Below, in pieces: positions 60,668 through 64,000 of a DNA stretch of 64,000 nt. The stretch spans positions 19,425-83,424 of the forward strand of contig JANWUW010000088.1 in assembly GCA_025057935.1 (NCBI GenBank), given 5' to 3'. The notes below the pieces were generated by a model, which did not search any database, was not told the DNA's origin, and saw only the letters and a program-made list of their open reading frames with translations. A program made the position numbers and the translations under genes. Within the stretch, counting starts at the first letter, position 1, and the number at the start of each line of letters is the position of its first letter. This stretch comes from Thermoflexales bacterium. GTDB lineage: Bacteria; Chloroflexota; Anaerolineae; J036; Brachytrichaceae.

Positions 60668-61690
60668 ATGCAGCGATCTCTAGGCACTGCTCTCGGATGC
60701 TTTGTAGTGTGGTTTGCGCTTGCGAGCGGCGTCGTTGTAGCTCAGTCGCCTACGCCTGAGCCAACGCCTCAGACGCTGATCGGCGATCGCGTGATCAGCG
60801 GCATGATGTTTCGGTTGCGCCAAGGAGAAAGCCTGCGCGGCAATCTGCTGCTCTACAGCGGCGAAGCCGCAGTGGAACGGGGCGCTGAGGTGTTAGGGAG
60901 CGTGGTCGTGTTCGGCGGGCGCTTCGACCTTGAGGGCGAGGTGATGGGCAACATCGTGGTTCTGGGAGGGGAGGCAAAGCTCGGCGATACTGCGATCGTG
61001 GCAGGTCAAGTCACGCGCCTAGGAGGCTCGCTCACGCAAGCGCCGGGGGCGCGCATCTTGGGCAACGTGTTTGCTTTGCCCTTCGCGCGTGAAGGAAGCC
61101 CGTCGCCTATGCCCCAGCCTCGCGTGGACGAAGGTTGGATGAGTCAATTTCTCGGTCGTATGAGCAACTCGCTGCTCGCTGCTGGCGCCATCTTGCTCGG
61201 CATCGTGACCATCACGCTGCTGGCGACGACGATCGCGGCGCTTGCGCTCGAGCCGCTGATGCGCGCTGGGCAGGCGGTGATCAATGCGTTTTGGATCTCG
61301 CTGGGTTTGGGCGCGCTCACGCTCATCGTTGTGCCTGTTGTCGTTGTGGCACTAGCCATCACCCTCTGCCTTATTCCGTTGGCTCTGGTGCTGGCGCTCG
61401 CCTACGCGATTGCAATTGTGTTGGGCTGGGTGGTCTCTGCCCATCTGTTGGGTGAGCGACTCGTGCAGGCGATTGGGCGCGGTGCGTTACCACTCGTTGC
61501 CCAGGTTGCCCTCGGCGCGTTGGTGCTTGCCGTGCTCGGCAACACGCCGGTGATCGGATGGCTGATCGGCTTCCTTGCTGCTTCTGTGGGCGTGGGCGCG
61601 CTTATTCTCACGCGCTTGGGCACGCAAGCTTACGCGCCGCCTTCGCCACCTTCAGCGCTGTCTGTCCCCGACGCGCCTGTTGCCCCGTGA
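60668..61690 (+). CDS. membrane protein with bactofilin-like (polymer-forming, beta-helical repeat) N-terminal domain
   Basis: Signal/TM, repeats of the G.V.G.VVV.GG type (LGSVVVFGGRFDLEGEVMGNIVVLGGEAKLGDTAIVAGQV), then ~5 TM spans. Confidence 0.5.
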   Translation: MQRSLGTALGCFVVWFALASGVVVAQSPTPEPTPQTLIGDRVISGMMFRLRQGESLRGNLLLYSGEAAVERGAEVLGSVVVFGGRFDLEGEVMGNIVVLGGEAKLGDTAIVAGQVTRLGGSLTQAPGARILGNVFALPFAREGSPSPMPQPRVDEGWMSQFLGRMSNSLLAAGAILLGIVTITLLATTIAALALEPLMRAGQAVINAFWISLGLGALTLIVVPVVVVALAITLCLIPLALVLALAYAIAIVLGWVVSAHLLGERLVQAIGRGALPLVAQVALGALVLAVLGNTPVIGWLIGFLAASVGVGALILTRLGTQAYAPPSPPSALSVPDAPVAP

Positions 61691-61705
61691 GGGCAGTTGA
61701 AAAGA

Positions 61706-61745
61706 AACAAGCGGGTGTTGAGCATGCCCAACACCCGCTTGTTTG
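61706..61745. terminator. bidirectional intrinsic terminator between the membrane gene and groEL
   Basis: AAACAAGCGGGTGTTG-agcatgcc-CAACACCCGCTTGTTT (16-bp perfect stem), flanked by an A-run upstream and TTTGTT downstream. Confidence 0.8.
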
Positions 61746-61762
61746 TTCAGCGTGCCACTTCA

Positions 61763-63388
<1,626 letters not shown>

Positions 63389-63433
63389 AGTTTCTTCCCT
63401 CCGTGTGACTTTCTTAAGTGGTGCGATTTAGGC

Positions 63434-63760
63434 TTACTCGATTACAGCGAGGATGTCACTCTCCTTGAGGATGAGGTACTTCTTGCCCTCTAGCTTGATC
63501 TCGGTGCCGGCATACTTGGCGTAGAGCACGTGGTCGCCGACCTTCACATCCAGCGGGATCACCTTGCCATCGTCCTCTTTGCGGCCGGGACCGACCGCCA
63601 GAACCACGCCTTTCTGCGGCTTCTCCTTTGCGGTCTCGGGCAGCACCAGCTTGCCCCCAGCAAAGGTAACCTCTTCCTCCTCCACTGGCTCCACGAGGAC
63701 GCGGTCCGCCAGTGGGCGAACGTTGATCTTGAGTTCCACCGCGTCAGCTTTCTTCGCCAT
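63434..63760 (-). CDS. groES: co-chaperonin GroES (canonical copy, upstream of groEL)
   Basis: [47 protein letters not shown]...YAKYAGTEI. Confidence 0.93.
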   Translation of the reverse strand: MAKKADAVELKINVRPLADRVLVEPVEEEEVTFAGGKLVLPETAKEKPQKGVVLAVGPGRKEDDGKVIPLDVKVGDHVLYAKYAGTEIKLEGKKYLILKESDILAVIE

Positions 63761-63815
63761 AGGCTAGCCCTCCACACAGACATGCTGATTGTGTGCGATC
63801 TACGTTAGCACTGCG

Positions 63816-63842
63816 TTAGCACTTTCGGTGTCCGAGTGCTAA
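63816..63842. promoter_or_regulatory. CIRCE operator (HrcA site)
   Basis: TTAGCACTT-TCGGTGTCC-GAGTGCTAA versus consensus TTAGCACTC-N9-GAGTGCTAA (1 mismatch). It lies in the groES 5' leader. Confidence 0.85.
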
Positions 63843-63854
63843 ACAGCAGCGCGA

Positions 63855-63884
63855 ATGTTAGCACACTCGACGTGAGAGTGTCAA
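63855..63884 (-). promoter_or_regulatory. groESL promoter (TTGACA-N18-TAACAT) overlapping a degenerate second CIRCE
   Basis: Minus strand reads TTGACA (63879-63884), an 18-nt spacer, then TAACAT (63855-63860). The same stretch, 63858-63884, reads TTAGCACAC-N9-GAGTGTCAA (3 mismatches to CIRCE). Confidence 0.5.
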
Positions 63885-64000
63885 GAGATGAGAGCACTCC
63901 TTGGCGCGATTGTCTTCAACAGGGCTTTGTTCCGCATCAGCCGCAAGGGCGCAAGACAGTGCCAGCGCAAGTGAGCAGTACACTGCAAGCTATGGGAAGG

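Overview
This is a high-GC bacterial chromosomal window, about 60-70% GC in the 60-nt lines I counted by hand. It codes densely on both strands, with roughly 56 protein genes and one tRNA-Leu(UAG). I saw no rRNA, CRISPR array, transposase or integrase. The gene content (MreBC, DUF2085, Uma2, N-terminally extended GroES, a TrxR paralog without NADPH motifs) suggests a Chloroflexota-like organism, but that is inference only.

Most of the window is housekeeping: trxB, darA, two groES copies plus groEL with CIRCE operators, mreBC, tig, clpP, dnaN, aroC, rel/spoT, pepF, murA, photolyase, hemH, tatC, hypE and an ECF sigma/anti-sigma pair.

Two regions look accessory or defence-like:
- **15.0-23.3 kb.** A co-oriented trio sits between dnaN and housekeeping genes. 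It consists of a 1215-aa gamma-class N6-adenine methyltransferase, a 252-aa orphan with a possible PD-(D/E)xK-like core, and a 1133-aa PLD(HKD)-SNF2 helicase fusion. It matches no named system as far as I can tell. A sharp GC trough covers the methyltransferase specificity end and the orphan gene. This is my best candidate for an undescribed system.
- **32.6-34.9 kb.** A CHAT (caspase-like)-STAND NTPase-TPR gene is broken by two +1 frameshifts.

Smaller oddities:
- a grx-like/groES/TrxR-like cluster whose TrxR paralog lacks both NADPH-binding motifs
- an ALDH7-like protein with all three catalytic residues substituted
- MurA with Asp at the fosfomycin-target Cys position
- an orphan hypE
- a lipoprotein-type serpin
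- several intergenic palindromes

All family calls come from motifs read by eye and remembered family signatures. No database search was run.
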